This document shows positions 23,791 to 37,719 of a stretch of DNA of 64,000 bases, piece by piece. The DNA lies in assembly GCF_018350175.1 (NCBI RefSeq), contig NC_058368.1, positions 208,818,001 through 208,882,000 of the forward strand, in the 5' to 3' direction. Numbering within the stretch: position 1 is the first letter of the stretch; each line of letters begins with the position of its first letter. Below the pieces are notes generated by a model. The model was given only the letters and a program-made list of their open reading frames with translations, searched no databases and was not told the origin of the DNA. Made by a program: the position numbers and the translations under genes. This DNA comes from Felis catus. Lineage: Eukaryota.

Positions 23791-25067
23791 TTTGATAATA
23801 CTCTAAGAAAACCTGTGCCCCATGTAAGATAGAACCGGTAACAAAGCAAACAAGGTAGCATAATCCCACTGATTAGGGCAGGGTAGGGTGTGCAAAGGAC
23901 TGGTGGGAGAAGGGACATTACTTCCCTTTTCCAAAACTGATGCTGAGTCATCACTGGACAAGATTCCTACTACTGTATTTACATTTGGACCAGCAGAACA
24001 CACCCGATTCTGTTTTATCTATGGCAAGACCCAGTAGATCCTAGAGGACATTTGAAACGGAAACATTCCAAAGAGAAACTGAGCTGCATTGTAAGCCAAG
24101 TTGACTTCTTTCCAGGTATGTTCAATTCGGTAGCAAGCTGTCAGTGCAGGGAAGGCAGAATAATGACAATGTGCAGACTTCGAACACTCAACCAGAGTCA
24201 GCATGCCCCTGTCACAGTGCTGACATGTATATCTTGCACTCTACACCGTGCAACTGGTTAAGGCTTATGTAGAAAACATTAAGTCACTCATTTCATTCGA
24301 AAATCGCCCCTCTTATTTTCAAATGCTTGTGACTCAGTGATTGAGCAAAGGCTCTTTCGGGCCACCTTAACAGCCACTCTGTTCAAAGGGGGCTGGACTG
24401 CATGCACTCACTCCTGAGGTTGTATGTGTTCTGCTCCCAATGTAAATGAAATGGCCAGAATTCTGTTTCTAGCATCATCACAAGGTGAACCACCAAATAG
24501 AATGCAGAGCTGGCTCACTTGCTTGCCTATAGGTTGGCTATCAAGTAAAAGGGCTGGGGCTACCTCCTGTAGCAACTACGAACTTGTCTAAACTCAAGGA
24601 CTTGTGGTTTTCCCTTTGGGGCATCCAAGACTTTTCCCTTTAGCTATCTTTTTCTTTTGTTTTCTGTCAGTATCTTCTTCAAAGGGTGATTAGAGCAGGT
24701 GCGAGGAACCTAGGAGGTGAAAAAGAAGGTGAAATTAGCAGATGTCAGCATTGTAGGGCTGAAAGTTAACCCCTTGTGGTCCTCAGGGTAAAGCAGTGTG
24801 TCCAAAGTGCCAGAGTTCCACCACGGTGGGTGGCAGTCTGCAGACACTGGGACCAGTTTCCCCAAACCACTGAGATGCAGAGCTTTTGGTTTTGCTACCT
24901 AGGGAGGAAGGTCTTCAACTAGTGACTCAAACCCTGTTGCACAAGGTTGTCTGAATTTATTAAAGGTTCGTTAATCGTCATGTATGCTGGATCTCGGCTG
25001 TATATGGCAGCTCTGTGTTTCACAAGCAAAAGCAGAAAGTGCATGTGATTTTAAAATTTGCAACCTA

Positions 25068-25312
25068 GGGGCGCCTGGGTGGCTCAGTTGCTTGAGCGTC
25101 TGACTTCGGCTCAGGTCATGATCTCGCAGTTCCTGGGTTTGAGCACCATGTCGGGCTCTGTGCTGACAGCTCAGAGCCTAGAGCCTGCTTCAGATTCTCT
25201 CTCTCTGTCTCTCTCTCTGCCCCTCCCTGTTCATGCTGTATCTCTCTCTCCCTCTCTCTCTCTGTCTCTCTCAAAAATAAAATAAACATTAAAAAAATAA
25301 AAAATAAAATAA
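25068..25312 (+). mobile_element. Can-SINE (SINEC_Fc-like)
   Basis: GGGGCGCCTGGGTGGCTCAG head, (CT)n, A tail, TSD core AAAATTTG. Confidence 0.95.
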
Positions 25313-25849
25313 AATTTGTGATCTAAAAACATTTATTTGTTCAACAAATAATGTCTGCCTACAGGTGCCAGGCACTGTCCTAGGTGCTAGGAAATCCCTG
25401 GTACATGAAATAGACAAAAGTCTCTGCCTTCACGGCACATACTATCCTAGTAGATGTATAGTGTGGTACGCTTAAGCAGTATTGTAAACCAAAACTAAAC
25501 ATGAACTGCCTTGGGCTAGGACAGTGGACTTTTGGTGTGCCTAGAAGCCAAGAAGAAACAGTGAGCATTTGTTAAATTATAATTATAGGTAGTGCACAAT
25601 TTATGGTAATATGATGGGATTATATTCCACCAGTTTGGTAGCAAGTGACAAAATTTTCTATGAAAACAATCTTATAAATCAAGCCTGGGCTGGACCACAC
25701 AAATCTAGGTGTAAACCATAATATAGCTAAAATATAATTCACAATATTATTAGGCTAGAGCCTCTTCCTGGGGTGTCGGTCCCATAATCTGCAGAAAGAG
25801 GGCACAGAGCAAGAAATCAGGGAATTTCAACAGGCAAGCGTTGCACTTC

Positions 25850-26010
25850 ACACAGTCAGATCAGACTAGGGTTTGGATCCCAGCCTGGGCACATAACCAG
25901 CTATTGCTTTTCTCTTAAACCTCAGTTTCCTCATCTGGAAAACGGGGACAGTATTAAAACCGTCTCAGGGGCTGCGATGAGGGTTAAACAAGATAATGCG
26001 CTGTAAAACC
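25850..26010 (+). mobile_element. MIR fragment
   Basis: agactagggtttggatcccagc...cctcagtttcctcatctggaaaacgggga. Confidence 0.7.
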
Positions 26011-27675
26011 CATGCCCCATAAGTATTGCCGTTGTTAGTCGCCATCTTCCTCCTTCCAACAGCCCAGTGAACGCCTTTTTCTGGCCTCCCCCTTCCTTTT
26101 CAGCCTCTGCCAAGACATTGCTCTAAATGGTGGAATTTCAAGTAGCACAACATAGTAAGGACAGTGAAAGAAATGCAAGCCTTACAGGCAGGCTCTTTTG
26201 GGCCCTGAAGTCATCATTTGGTCAGCACTAGTCAGGGTGGCCTTGCCTGGAATTCTACCACCGCATCCCCCCACCCCCCGCCCCCCACCCCCCTCACCCC
26301 GGGTCAGGCTCCCTGGCTCCTCCTGGACTTCACACCTCCTTCTCTTCCTCATTTTCTGAGCCCATGTAGTTTCTGTGAAATTTTTCCCACCAGCTTCCCG
26401 TGGGCATGTTAGGGTGACCCTCTTCTCCCACTGCACGAAGGCAGACAGACCCTTGTGTAAATGATGGGGGTTGAGGGGGTGGTTTGGAGGCTACCTATAT
26501 TGAGTATTTCTGTTTTAAGTGATCCCTGTTGGATATTTAATTTAAAAATGCTTATTTTAATTTGGTTCAGAAACCCAGCAAAAAACTTTCAGTGAAATTT
26601 AGTAAATGTTCAGCCCATTGTTATCCAGCAAAGGAAGCTTCTAGAAGCTGGTTAAATGTTAAAGTTTCAAATCTAATGTTATGGGATATAGAATTTGGAA
26701 TAAATAAGCATCTACCTATTGCTTTTTCTTGCTTTACTGGCTGTATGAATGAGCTGTACTATAATAAATTAACTTCCCAAGCTGAAAAGGGGCCCTGCCC
26801 CTTGGGATGAGGCTCCTGAAATCAATAAATTGCATGTCAGACCCTTTTAGGAAGCACGGATTCCTCACTTGAGATCTGAGACCAGTATCTCACTCTGGCC
26901 CCAGTCTGGAGACCTATATCAAACTGTCGCCATTTAGTGAAACCTATTTCAGGCTTAATTTGGGTTGGCCAATCTTAGGACCTTCAGCTGACCCAACAGC
27001 CTAAGAATTATGCTTAAAAGATTCTGCTTTCACTGATATAAAAATAAAAGGGCTTTTCTCCCCCCTAACATCCCTTTCATCTTTATTTATTTAGCCCTTA
27101 ATGGTCCATAGCACCTTCATTCAATTAAAACACTTATTTAATCAATCACTTGAGCTCAATCAAGAAGCAAGTCTTAAATATCTTTAATGTGCTAGGTGTT
27201 GTGTGGCTTCAAAAAGACAAAATTGCGAATTTAAACAGCTCGTGATCTAGTTACACACAATGGATAGGCAGATGGGTGGGTGGGCGGATTAGCAGTCAGA
27301 CAGATAGATATGTCTACCAAGGGCTTTACATTAGCTGAGGTCATGGTAAGAATTCCTAGCAATGAGGTCACTGGGATTTAGAGATCATAGCAGGAAAGGA
27401 TTCAGGGAAGAGTGAGGATTTGAGCTCATACTTGAAAGATGGGTATTAGGAAGGGAAGGGAAAGGGAAAAAGGCACATTCCAGACTCAGGAGAAGCATAG
27501 GCAAATTTATGACTATGATATGGGGAAGGGGCAGGTGGTGAATACAAGGAGGAGGCCAGACCAGTCGCCAAGTGCTGCGAACAGGTGGCAGGAAGTGGTG
27601 TGAAATTTAGGATATCTCCGTAGGTGATACCCAGATTATGAGATGCTGTAAAATCCTGGAGAAGAAGGGGTTTGC

Positions 27676-27900
27676 TTTTTTTTTTTTAAGTTTATTTATT
27701 TATTTGGCGGGGGGAGGGAGACAATACGAGTGGGGGAGGGACACAGAGAGAGGGAGAGAGAGAGAATCCCAAGCAGTCTTCACGCTGACGGTGACAGCGT
27801 GGAGCCTGATGTGGGCCTCAGACCCACAAACCACAAGATCCCCGACCTAAGCCTAAACCAAGAATCTTACGTGTCACCGGCTGAGCCACCCAGGCGCCCC
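27676..27900 (-). mobile_element. Can-SINE, antisense in intron 2
   Basis: T tail, (GA)n, ends ...gctgagccacccaggcgcccc. Confidence 0.92.
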
Positions 27901-28279
27901 AGGGGTTCTCTGTTTTTGATGGCAGCAGGGCACCCCTGGAGCCTCTCATGTAGGCAGGTGGCTGGGAGTGGGATTGTGCTGAACTTCTTGCTGCAGAAGT
28001 GACTCAGGTACACAGGCCGCTCACGAGTGGAGTCGGTGGCATAGGTGTAGTTTTCATTTTGCAGTATTGTGCCCTCATTTGTAAAAAGTTTCTAGGCATA
28101 GACACAGTTTACTAATCCTCCAGTAAGTGAATAACTACAACTACAAGCTGAATAATAAAGCTAGTGCCATAGTGCTTCTTAGTTATCCACGTGGTCAACT
28201 CCGTTTTTAATGAGTAAGTTTTATATCTTATGCTAAAATTAAGGAAGTTTGAGCTCTACTGGAAAGGAGGAGATACTTG

Positions 28280-28400
28280 TATCCCCATTTTACGGAATAA
28301 GAAATGAGACCCAGAGACCTGCTCAAGGTCACAAATCTAGTAAGTGATGACACCGAAATTTAGACCTCAGACTTCTGGTCTCAAAGCCAGTATTTCTTGG
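28280..28400 (-). mobile_element. MIR fragment
   Basis: atccccattttacggaataagaaatgagacccagaga...ctcaaggtcacaaatctagtaagtga. Confidence 0.7.
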
Positions 28401-29015
28401 CTTAACACAGACTGTGTTCCCGTATTAGTAGACTGAGAAAACACAAACACTGGCTTGCTAAAAATACATTCACTAACCCTGAAACACAGATTTTTCAAGA
28501 AAATCAAAAGAGCAAGCTAATAGAAGCAAGGAATATTAAATTATCTTTATCTTTAAGCCTTTTTTTTTTTTTAATTTCCATTTGGGTAGCAGCCGGCCTA
28601 GGCTTATATTATTAATAGCTACTTTGAAATCCAGACCAGAAGCTTTTAAGGAGGGATACGTGAATTTCTGTACGTACTTCTATATCACTGATGTTTGTTG
28701 CAGTGAGAGCAGGCTCCTGAACATTTGGGGACAAAGTGAGGTCTGCTCGAATGTTTGATAGGCTGGCAGCATTCGGGAGGCCTTCTGGGAGGCATTCATT
28801 CTCAGATCATTCCCATTTTGCCCAGGGAAAGGGGACATTCACATGGGAAGCCACAGGTGACTGCACAAGCACCAGAGTGATCGCCACAGCGGGAATAAAT
28901 GGATCTGCACAGGCCGAGCTTGGGTCACCACTGGGAATTGACCAGTTAGCTCAGTAGAGACAAAACCCACTTTGGCATGACCTTAATAAGGTAATGGAGG
29001 TAGAAAGGTGTTTTG

Positions 29016-29196
29016 TTTTTTTTTAATGTTTATGTATTTATCTTAAGAAAGAGAAAGAGAGGCAGAGAATCCCAGGCAGGCTCCACCCTGTCAGCGTGGA
29101 GCCCGACGTGGGGCTTGAACTCCCCAACTTCGAGATCATGACCTGAGCTGAAATCAAGAATCGGATGTTTAACCGACTGAGCCACGCAGGTGCCCC
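29016..29196 (-). mobile_element. Can-SINE, antisense in intron 2
   Basis: Ends ...accgactgagccacgcaggtgcccc. Confidence 0.92.
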
Positions 29197-29639
29197 TGGA
29201 AAGGCATGGTTTTAAAAGTCTTCAAACTTTTTTGTTTGTAAACCTGCAGAAAGAATGTTGAAAAACTATTGTGCAGTTCTGAGATGATATCTATAATTTT
29301 TTAATCACAAGCTTAATAGTTGTACGAGATATAATTTCCAGGGGATTGGCAAAATCTTGGAGCTGCAAATTTAGTTGATTCAGTGCGTGGAAAACCATCA
29401 AACTACAGCCCAGATTAATTGACTTTTGGGTCAGAAAAGATATTACTTCATTTTCAGTTTAAAGACACATGTTAATGTATATCCCTGACAACCATTACAC
29501 TTCTGGATCCTAATTAGGTGATGAATAGACAGATGGGTGGATGGACAGACAGATAAAGCCCAGAGCCTTGCTGTGAGTGCCTGGCCAGAAGGAAATATGG
29601 AACCACCCACTTCAGAATATCTTGGTTTATTTGTATGGG

Positions 29640-30160
29640 ACTTCATAGTACATAGTTCACAATACAATTAACACCCATGTATCCTTTACCAAGACTGACC
29701 TCTTAGCATTTTGCTTTTTTTTTTTTTTGAGAAAAATTTTTTTTTCCTTGAGAATTAGTTGCAAACATAACATCAAATATTCGGCACGTACCTTCTAAGC
29801 ACGAGGACTTGACCTTATATAACCACAGTTCAGTTGTCAGTCTCAGGAAGTTTAATAATACTGCTATCCAATAGATAACCCATATTCGGATTTCCCCAGT
29901 TGTGACAATAATGTCCTTTGTAGTTTGTTCTCCTTAATCAAGGATCACAAATTGCGTTTGATTATCATATTTCTTTATTCTCCATTAGAATAGCTCTGAA
30001 GCTTTTTTTTTTTTTTTTTTTTTTTACCATGACATTGACAGTTTTGAAAAGATCTGATGTCTTGCCTGCTATTTTGCAGACTGCCCTTCAGTGTGGATTT
30101 CTGTGATTGTTTCCACGTTATGAGATCCGGGTAAACGTCCTGGGACTAAGTTTGTGATGG
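29640..30160 (-). mobile_element. Old L1 (L1MC/L1ME-type) 3'UTR fragment
   Basis: tatataaccacagt...caggaagtttaat...catattcggatttccccagttgtgacaataatgtccttt...catgacattgacagttttgaa. Confidence 0.55.
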
Positions 30161-33100
30161 TGTGTCCTCATGTCGGGAGCCACCCGATCCCAGTGTGCCC
30201 CAAAGAGCCATGCGGCCTGAACTGTCCTCACATGGCACCTGCAGCTTTCATCCCCTGGACGGGGCTTCCCAGTGAAATGAGTGAGATGGGCAGGAAGTGC
30301 ACCTCTCTCACTGAGGTGGAAGGCTGATCGCAGGAGGGGACGTGGGAAAAGAGAACCCGCCACAGGAGCGTTCGTAGGCTGATTTCAGGATGCAGCACCT
30401 CGGAAACTGATTCCTTTAACCTGTAGAAAGTTTTCGTGTGCCCTCAGCAGGACACCTGCCTGCTCAGTGTGAAAACACGGACCCATACCCATAGTGGACA
30501 CAAAAATATCATTCGTGGGCTGTGAACTCGGTGGGTGTTTGTGTGGTTAGTTTTCGGGCATTTCTGGGGAGCACAGAAGCAGCAGCACAAACAGCACCTG
30601 CTCCTTCCGCACCCAGACCTCAGACCGCTCTGCTGGGGCTCCAGGCCCTCTGCTCTGGGGAACACAATAGACCAGACTAACAAGGGACAGTGTCTGCACC
30701 TCCTTCGGGCTAATCTGGCTTTGTGCAGACAGGCAGAGTTGATCTTCACACTGCTGCCCCCGTGTAGGTGTCGCTGAAGAATTGTCACGGGCAACCATAT
30801 GGACTTCAGACCCCATTGGTTAAATGTTTTCAGGCACTGAGCAGAAAACTCTGTTCCATTGTGGTAAAGATGGGACTATCCCCATTTTAAGGGGAAATTG
30901 GGACTCCGCAGGCTTAAGCAACTCAGCCAGACTCTGGACCAAGGGCAGCCCGAGTCCGGAACTCACTCTTGTGACCAGACCCCCCCCAGGTCCCCTCCTG
31001 CCAGCCCAAGACACTCCTATCTGACCCCTCTGGCTATGTCAGGAAGAGAAAAGTCAGGTGTTGGGATTTTGTAAATGCCAATCATTGTTGAATGATAGGT
31101 ATAGCTGATTTCATGAGGAGTCTTTGAGATGCCAGTAAATTCATTCACTGGGGGGTAGAAAGTCTCTCCTCACATCTGACTACAGGAATCTATGGAACTG
31201 GCCCAGATGATTGAGAACACTTTTCTTTCACCCCCTTTATTTTCCTTTCATCTTCTTTTTATCCCTCCTCTTCGTGCCCAAGTCCCTCAGACCCTCAGCA
31301 TATTCCTCTTACCCACGGCCCCTGGGGAGGGCTGAGGGAAGTAGGATGCAGAACCCTGGAACATTCTGCTGCGTCTGGCTTCAGGCAGGGCTTTGTGGGA
31401 AGGAAGAAGCCAAGGGTCCTTTGCTTCCAGGTTCCTTTCGAGTTTCCCCTCAAAAACCACCCTGCCTCTGATAACACCAGAAGGGATTATGTTTTCAATT
31501 GACTTTTTGCGCACTTGATTTTATTGGGTCACTTTCTCACCCTTCCCATAAATTTTTTATAAAGGCAATAGCCGAGCTCATGGTGTGTGCTTGTTAGCAT
31601 GGGGCGTTTACTGCTGACTATGGAGTGCTTTTAGCTCACACCAGGCGTTCATGGATTAGTTAACAAATGGACGCCCTATGGGGTGTGTTTGTGACTTAAA
31701 AGCAGGAGAATGGACGTTTTCACCCCAGGGGAGCCATGCTGTATTACTGTAAAATTATTAACATAACTGTAATAAAAGCATGGACCACATAGGTGGAAAT
31801 CAGAACAGGGCAATGAGAATCTGGATAGCAAAATGATATCCTGTCCGTCTCCTCCTGAGTGAGGTTTTTTGGCTATTTGTATTCATGGAATAATTTCCAT
31901 TACACTCATGACAAGTTTTCTTAGTTAAGTTGTAAGGTAAAAATTCAAGATAGTATAACTAATACTCGTGTGCAATGCTGGTCAGAGTAGGTGGAGACAG
32001 TGAATAAAATGGCATTTTGAAAAGCGAAGTGGCTTTTAAAAGTGTACCCGAGGCTCCTTTTCCTAGTCTCTGAAATGGTTTGCATTCTCGCTGGTCTTTT
32101 TCCTCTGCCTTGAGAGGATCCAGAAATGCTTTTTTAAACAACAAAACACTGGTGTTTTTATAACGCAAATACTTTTCAAATAAACCCGTGTCATGCCTTC
32201 TTGTCAACAAACCACGGGTCACGGAGAGAATGCACTGGTAGCTCCGGCAGTGGTCACAATGACTTAGTAAATTGCCACAACCGCTGATTATTCTTTGGGA
32301 AAGAGCTGCCATAGACTCCTCTTGAAGGTAACCCAAGAGTACCCAATAGCTAGGACAGCCCGTCTCACACTGGGTGAATACTCTGCCTGGTACAGGAAAG
32401 CAAGGACGGTCATCAGCATTCTGGGGCTTAGTGACCTGTAGACTTTTTATTTTTAATTAATTCAAATGAGTGAATAAAATCAACGCTTATAAATAGCAGA
32501 TGACAAAACGCCGTAGAACTCTCCAGAGAACTGGAACATTCTCATGGACTAACACCACACATTTCAGAGGTCACTGAGGGGCAAATAAGAACAACAGGCA
32601 ACAGCTTCCAAGACAAACTGGATCTATGATGCATTTGGTAGCAGTTACCGTGGGCGATTCTAGCCTTGGAAGCATCAGCCGGGTATGACCCAAACGTGCT
32701 TGAAGCAGCGAAAACAGAAATGGATAAAAATGAGATTTTAAGAAAATGGCAAGTGTAGCGTTTGACTATCAGCTGATGGGGACAGAAGGATGACAGCATA
32801 CTGGTGTACTGTGTCCCCTCAGAAGTCATCGGCTCCATCCCTACCTTTATAGATACATACTGAGGTGTAAGGATGCCTCCCACGAGAGGAGACAGTTCAC
32901 CTCTTTAGGCAAGAGGTAAACCGAAAACGTTGAGAACGCTAGAACCTAAAATACCTCCCATGGAAGGAGAAGGCCCCACAGCTCAGGAGTCAGAGCGCTG
33001 GTCTTATAAAATACCTCCCTCGGGGTTTTGTGGGGCCCTGAGCAGAATGGTCCTGCAGCATCAGCCAGAGGCGGGCCTCTCCCTAACAGGGTTGACCGAA

Positions 33101-34086
33101 AATGAATTCCCCACCAAGACCTAGACTGCCTGCATGTTAGGGTTTTAGCACTTGGGGAGAGAGTGGACAGAGAAGGTCTCATTAACCTCAGAAGGGCTAA
33201 ACAACTAGTCCAGGGTCACGAGTCCAAGGTCAGGGACTGACCCCAGACTGTAATTCCAGGCTCTACAGCGAGAGCCTCATCATTTGGTGCCAGAGTGAGT
33301 TTGAGAAGTTTCCGGAGATGGGGCCTCTCTGTCTGAAGCTGCCATGCCACCACCCTTGGCTGCTGGTTTTCCGGTTTTAACTGGGAAATTGCCAGATCTG
33401 CCTTAGAGTGATATGCAAGAACCAGGGCATGGGAGATTCCCCTGAAAGGCATGGCTTTTCCATTTTCAGAGACAGTTTACTGTATCCTGTGGCTCAGGGC
33501 AGCCTAACTTTAGAATCTCCTTCATGTAACTCGGTTCGTACTGGATTTTCCAACAAAAGTCGATATCTCACTTCTTGTTCTGAATTTGGTAAATGTGTAC
33601 AGGTGAAATCAGCATAATTTTGCACTTGCTCCAGAGTAAATTACCACATGCCTCAAGACTTGAAAAGCTGCATGGTAGTAGAATTTTTACTTAAAAACAA
33701 ATAGGTGGCCTGGGACCCTAGAACAGGTGGAGCTTTAAAAACTAAACCAACTGAGTTCACATTTACGAGGAATGTGGGTTTTTTGTTTTTTGTTTTTAAT
33801 CTTCTCTAAGCTTCAGTTTCCTGATCTGTAAGGTTAGGTAATATGCAATCTCTAGCCTTGCAGGGATGTTGTTGGCCTTAAAGTTAACATTGTGTGAAAG
33901 TAAGCATCCTTCCTACCTTTATATTGGTAATATTTTTAAGCGCATCCAGGAAGTTATTTTAAATATAGAATGATGAAATTTTGTAATGTGAGGAATTTTA
34001 AAGCTAAGACTCCACCACGTGGTTCTTACAACATTTCAGTGTTAGCGATGAAAATCATGTTTGTATCTTATTGAAAAGTAAAAACA

Positions 34087-34312
34087 GGGATGCCTGGGTG
34101 ACTTAGTTGGTTAAGCGTCCGACTTTGGCCCAGGTCATAATCTCACAGTTCATGAGTTCGAGCCCCACATCGTGCTCTGTGCTGACAGTGCAGAGCCTGC
34201 TTGGATCCTCTGTCTTCCCTCTCTGTCTCTCTGCCCCTTCTCTGCTTGCACTCAATCTCTCTTCCTCTCTCTCTCAAAAATGAATAAATATCTTAAAAAA
34301 AATTTTTTTAAA
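34087..34312 (+). mobile_element. Can-SINE
   Basis: Head GGGATGCCTGGGTG; TSD GAAAAGTAAAAA. Confidence 0.94.
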
Positions 34313-36544
34313 GAAAAGTAAAAAAATGTATTCTAAAAGAATGACATTAGTTGGGAATTTTCTTGAGAAGTTAATCAACCAGGCTGATTCTTTTCATGTA
34401 AACACACATGTGCGCATGTGCATACACACAGATATGTATGTATATATGTGTGCAGATAGATGGAACTTCTGTTTTTCATATACATATGAAACTGCGGAGC
34501 AGTTTGTACTTTACCAGGTGCACAGGTGGGTAAAGAATATCAGATTAAATATTCCCACCCGCAGGGGTTTTTCCCCTTGTGTCCCATCTGTGGACGGCCT
34601 TTCAGGAGAGGCTCTGCATGGGAGGACAGACTGCCCAGCACTCAGCAACCCCAGGCTTGGCCTTCCGTGGCCTCATACCGGAAAGGGCACCACCTGGAGC
34701 AAAGCCATTCAGGCACTGGTTCCAGATGCGCCCCCCCCCACCTGTGTGGCCTTGGCTGAAGCGGCAGCTCACTTCTGTGGACCTCAGTGTATTAACCCTT
34801 GCCCTTCTAGTCCATAGAAGCTGGGTGCTTTACAGTTATGTACAGAAGCTGGTCCTCCCCAGAGCAAGAAATAGTTGGGCCTTCTTGCTGGGCCTCTGCA
34901 TCCCTGAGGCTTACTTGGCCCGGAAGACAGCTCCTCTAAGAGGAGGTACTGTGGGTCCTAGGAGCCAGCCCCCTTTATTCTGGAACCCTCAGAGCCTCAG
35001 AGGCCTTCCCTCCATTCTCAGAGCCCATTCCTACTCCGGGTGAGGCGTTATCTCCTCACTGCTTCATAGATAACTTTGTGCTGCCTTCCTTTGGGGCCCA
35101 TGGGTTCAAGACAGGCTGAATGAAGGCTGCCTTAGGCCCCTGGGCTGAGGACACAACTTGATAGGAATATAAAATGACCTCTTTGATTAAAATATAGTTA
35201 ATAACCTGTAGTGTTTTTAAGAGAAATCTAACGTTTAGGAGACTGCTTTGTCTATTCAATGCCTACTCAACTCAGATAATGTTTTGAATTATGTACTTTT
35301 TAGGTAGCCTATTCCAAGGACTACTCTGAGGCCTTACCGTTGTTTCTATAAAAACTCAACTGCCTTTACAAAACAGGCAACATCCCAGTCCTTTGTTCCT
35401 GAGGTGACTTTACTATATTTTCCCCATAATCGAGGCAGGCAAAGTCTCACTCTGAATGGTTTATTCCCAGAATTATGCCCCAGTACAGGGTCTCATTTGT
35501 TTAAATAACACTGTTTATACAAAGGACACATCAAAGTTAAAGTATTTTAAAGAGAATAATGCCAGAATATGTGGTTGCATACTGCAGGATCACTTAAATG
35601 CATTTGAACATCTTGATTTTTTAAAAACGTTAGCTTTTAGATGGACATGTTTTTCCCAGATACATCCTCCAACTGTGTCTGGGAAATGAGCAAGTGTTTG
35701 ACCTAGTTTTTTTTTTTTTTAATGATGCTCCTTTTTTGTGGTTTGCAAATACTTTACTATCAAAGTTAATACTAATGAAGGCTATTTGTGTAGCAGACGT
35801 TCTGCCAAGCCCTTTATAGGAGGAAGGAGGAACTGATATGCTATTAGGTTTTAATCTAAGGAACTAATCCAAAGCCCAGCCCCTCTGTTTCCCCTCAGTG
35901 ACATGAATTCTTGGAAGATACAGGCAGCTGTGGGTCTGCCGGGGCTGCGTTCGAGGCTCTGCAGAATTTCTAAGGACAGGCGCGGTGAGGCGTATGGCTC
36001 CTTATGCCCCCAAAATGCCTAGTGTTGATAAATTAAGGCACCTCTCTATAAGTGAACTCAGCATCAACATGCCTGGAGTTAGTAATTTAGTTGGAAGACA
36101 CAGGTCTAGTTGTTCTCTGGCTTTTTCTGGTTTCTAAAATTCATATCCATGTAAGACTTGCAAGATGAATATTTATTTTTTGCTCTATTTTTCAAGAAGG
36201 AAAAGAAGGGAAAAAGAGAAGGGGAAAATAAGAACCCTTCGACTCGATAAGAATCGCCTCCGCCCTGAACCTGGGGCTTCCATAAATATTTCCACATTAA
36301 CAATAAGGTATGAGGGGGATTTTCCCATCAAATGAGAAATTCTTATTAGCTATACCCTTTGGTGTAACATTGAACATTTATTGACTGCTTTCCAGGTTCC
36401 TGGAAGCCTTTTAATTCAGGATCAATGATCTGTTCACCACCTCGTCCAAAAGCATGGGTGATTGGTACATTCACACTGCTACACTCATCACCCTGAAAAA
36501 GCCAGGTGGGATATCAAATCAAGGGACTAAATATTCTCATCACA

Positions 36545-36652
36545 AAGTATAAGTATGTCGCAAACATTATTTAGGACTGCTTATACTAAAAATTTATCTG
36601 CTATTAACCTGAAATTCAAATTTAACTAGGGTGTTCTGCATTTTATCTGGCG
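36545..36652. mobile_element. MER53-like palindromic MITE (partial)
   Basis: agtataagtatgtc...cttatactaaaa...ctgaaattcaaatttaactagggtgttctgcattttatctggc. Confidence 0.7.
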
Positions 36653-37719
36653 GGCACAACCAGTGGACAAAGCCATGCAGTCAAGATGTCGTAAAAAGGA
36701 AGGAAAAGGTTTTGGGGGAACTTTGAAAGTATCAGGCAATAAATAAGAACACTATATATACTGATTCAAATTGTTATTATATATAACTCCAGTGGTACAA
36801 AATTATGTAATTTATTGTTACATAAATTAATAAGTCTCTAAACCAGTATCAGTTGAACTTTTGCAACTCAAATGTTTTCCCATGAGTTTAGGTTAAAATT
36901 TTGGTAATGTTTCGTCCTCATTTCTGATTAACCTTCAGTTGATTCCTAAGCGATTTTAACTTTCTGTGTCCCCAGGTTCTTAAGTTACTGATCCATTCAG
37001 GAATTCTCGAATGGAGCGCAGGGTTGGGAAGGGGGACCCTCATGTGGGTCCTTTTGTAAAACAAAGAGTCTTTGGGGGGAACATGAAGACTTTTTTTGTA
37101 CTTGGATTAATCACCCCTAATATATCAATTTTAGAAGTTCGGATTCCTGTACGAGCATGGTTTTTTGAAACTGAGCACAACTAAACCTAATTTCCTCTTC
37201 AAAGCTTCTTCTTGAAAAAAAATCGCACAGTGTCAGCAGCTCCTTTTTCAAAATAAGAAACTCTGGTTTCTTTAAACCAGAGTGATTTCAAGGTTTTTGT
37301 GTTTTAAGAAGAGAAAACTTCCTAAGGAAGTCAGCTAGAAAGTGGTTCAGAGGAAATGACAAACTCAGAGTACCCTTCCACGCCAGACCCTGGGAAGGTG
37401 TCCGTCCCATGGAGCACGAGCCGTTTCCCAGGCTCAGCATGAGGTGGATATTGAGAGACAGCACGTGAGTGCTTCAGGAAACTGGAAAGGAAAGTCAGCT
37501 TGCAGCTGGATGTTTACCTCTCAGGTGGAAAATGATGGTGCCACTCAGGGCATCATCGCGGCTTCCTGTTTACTTTGGAGCCTGTTATATTTCATAATGG
37601 TGTTGTTCTCAACTGAAGCCCAAGTGTCCCCTTGAAAAATTAAGGACTCCTTCTTCTGTGCTTTTTCAAGTGCCCTAATTCATTCAAAAAGTACGGAGGG
37701 CCTCCAGGGGGCAGACCTA

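Noticed and set aside
30390..30410. RE1/NRSE-like TGCAGCACCTCGGAAACTG
   Set aside because: The right half-site deviates from GGACAG; too weak to call.
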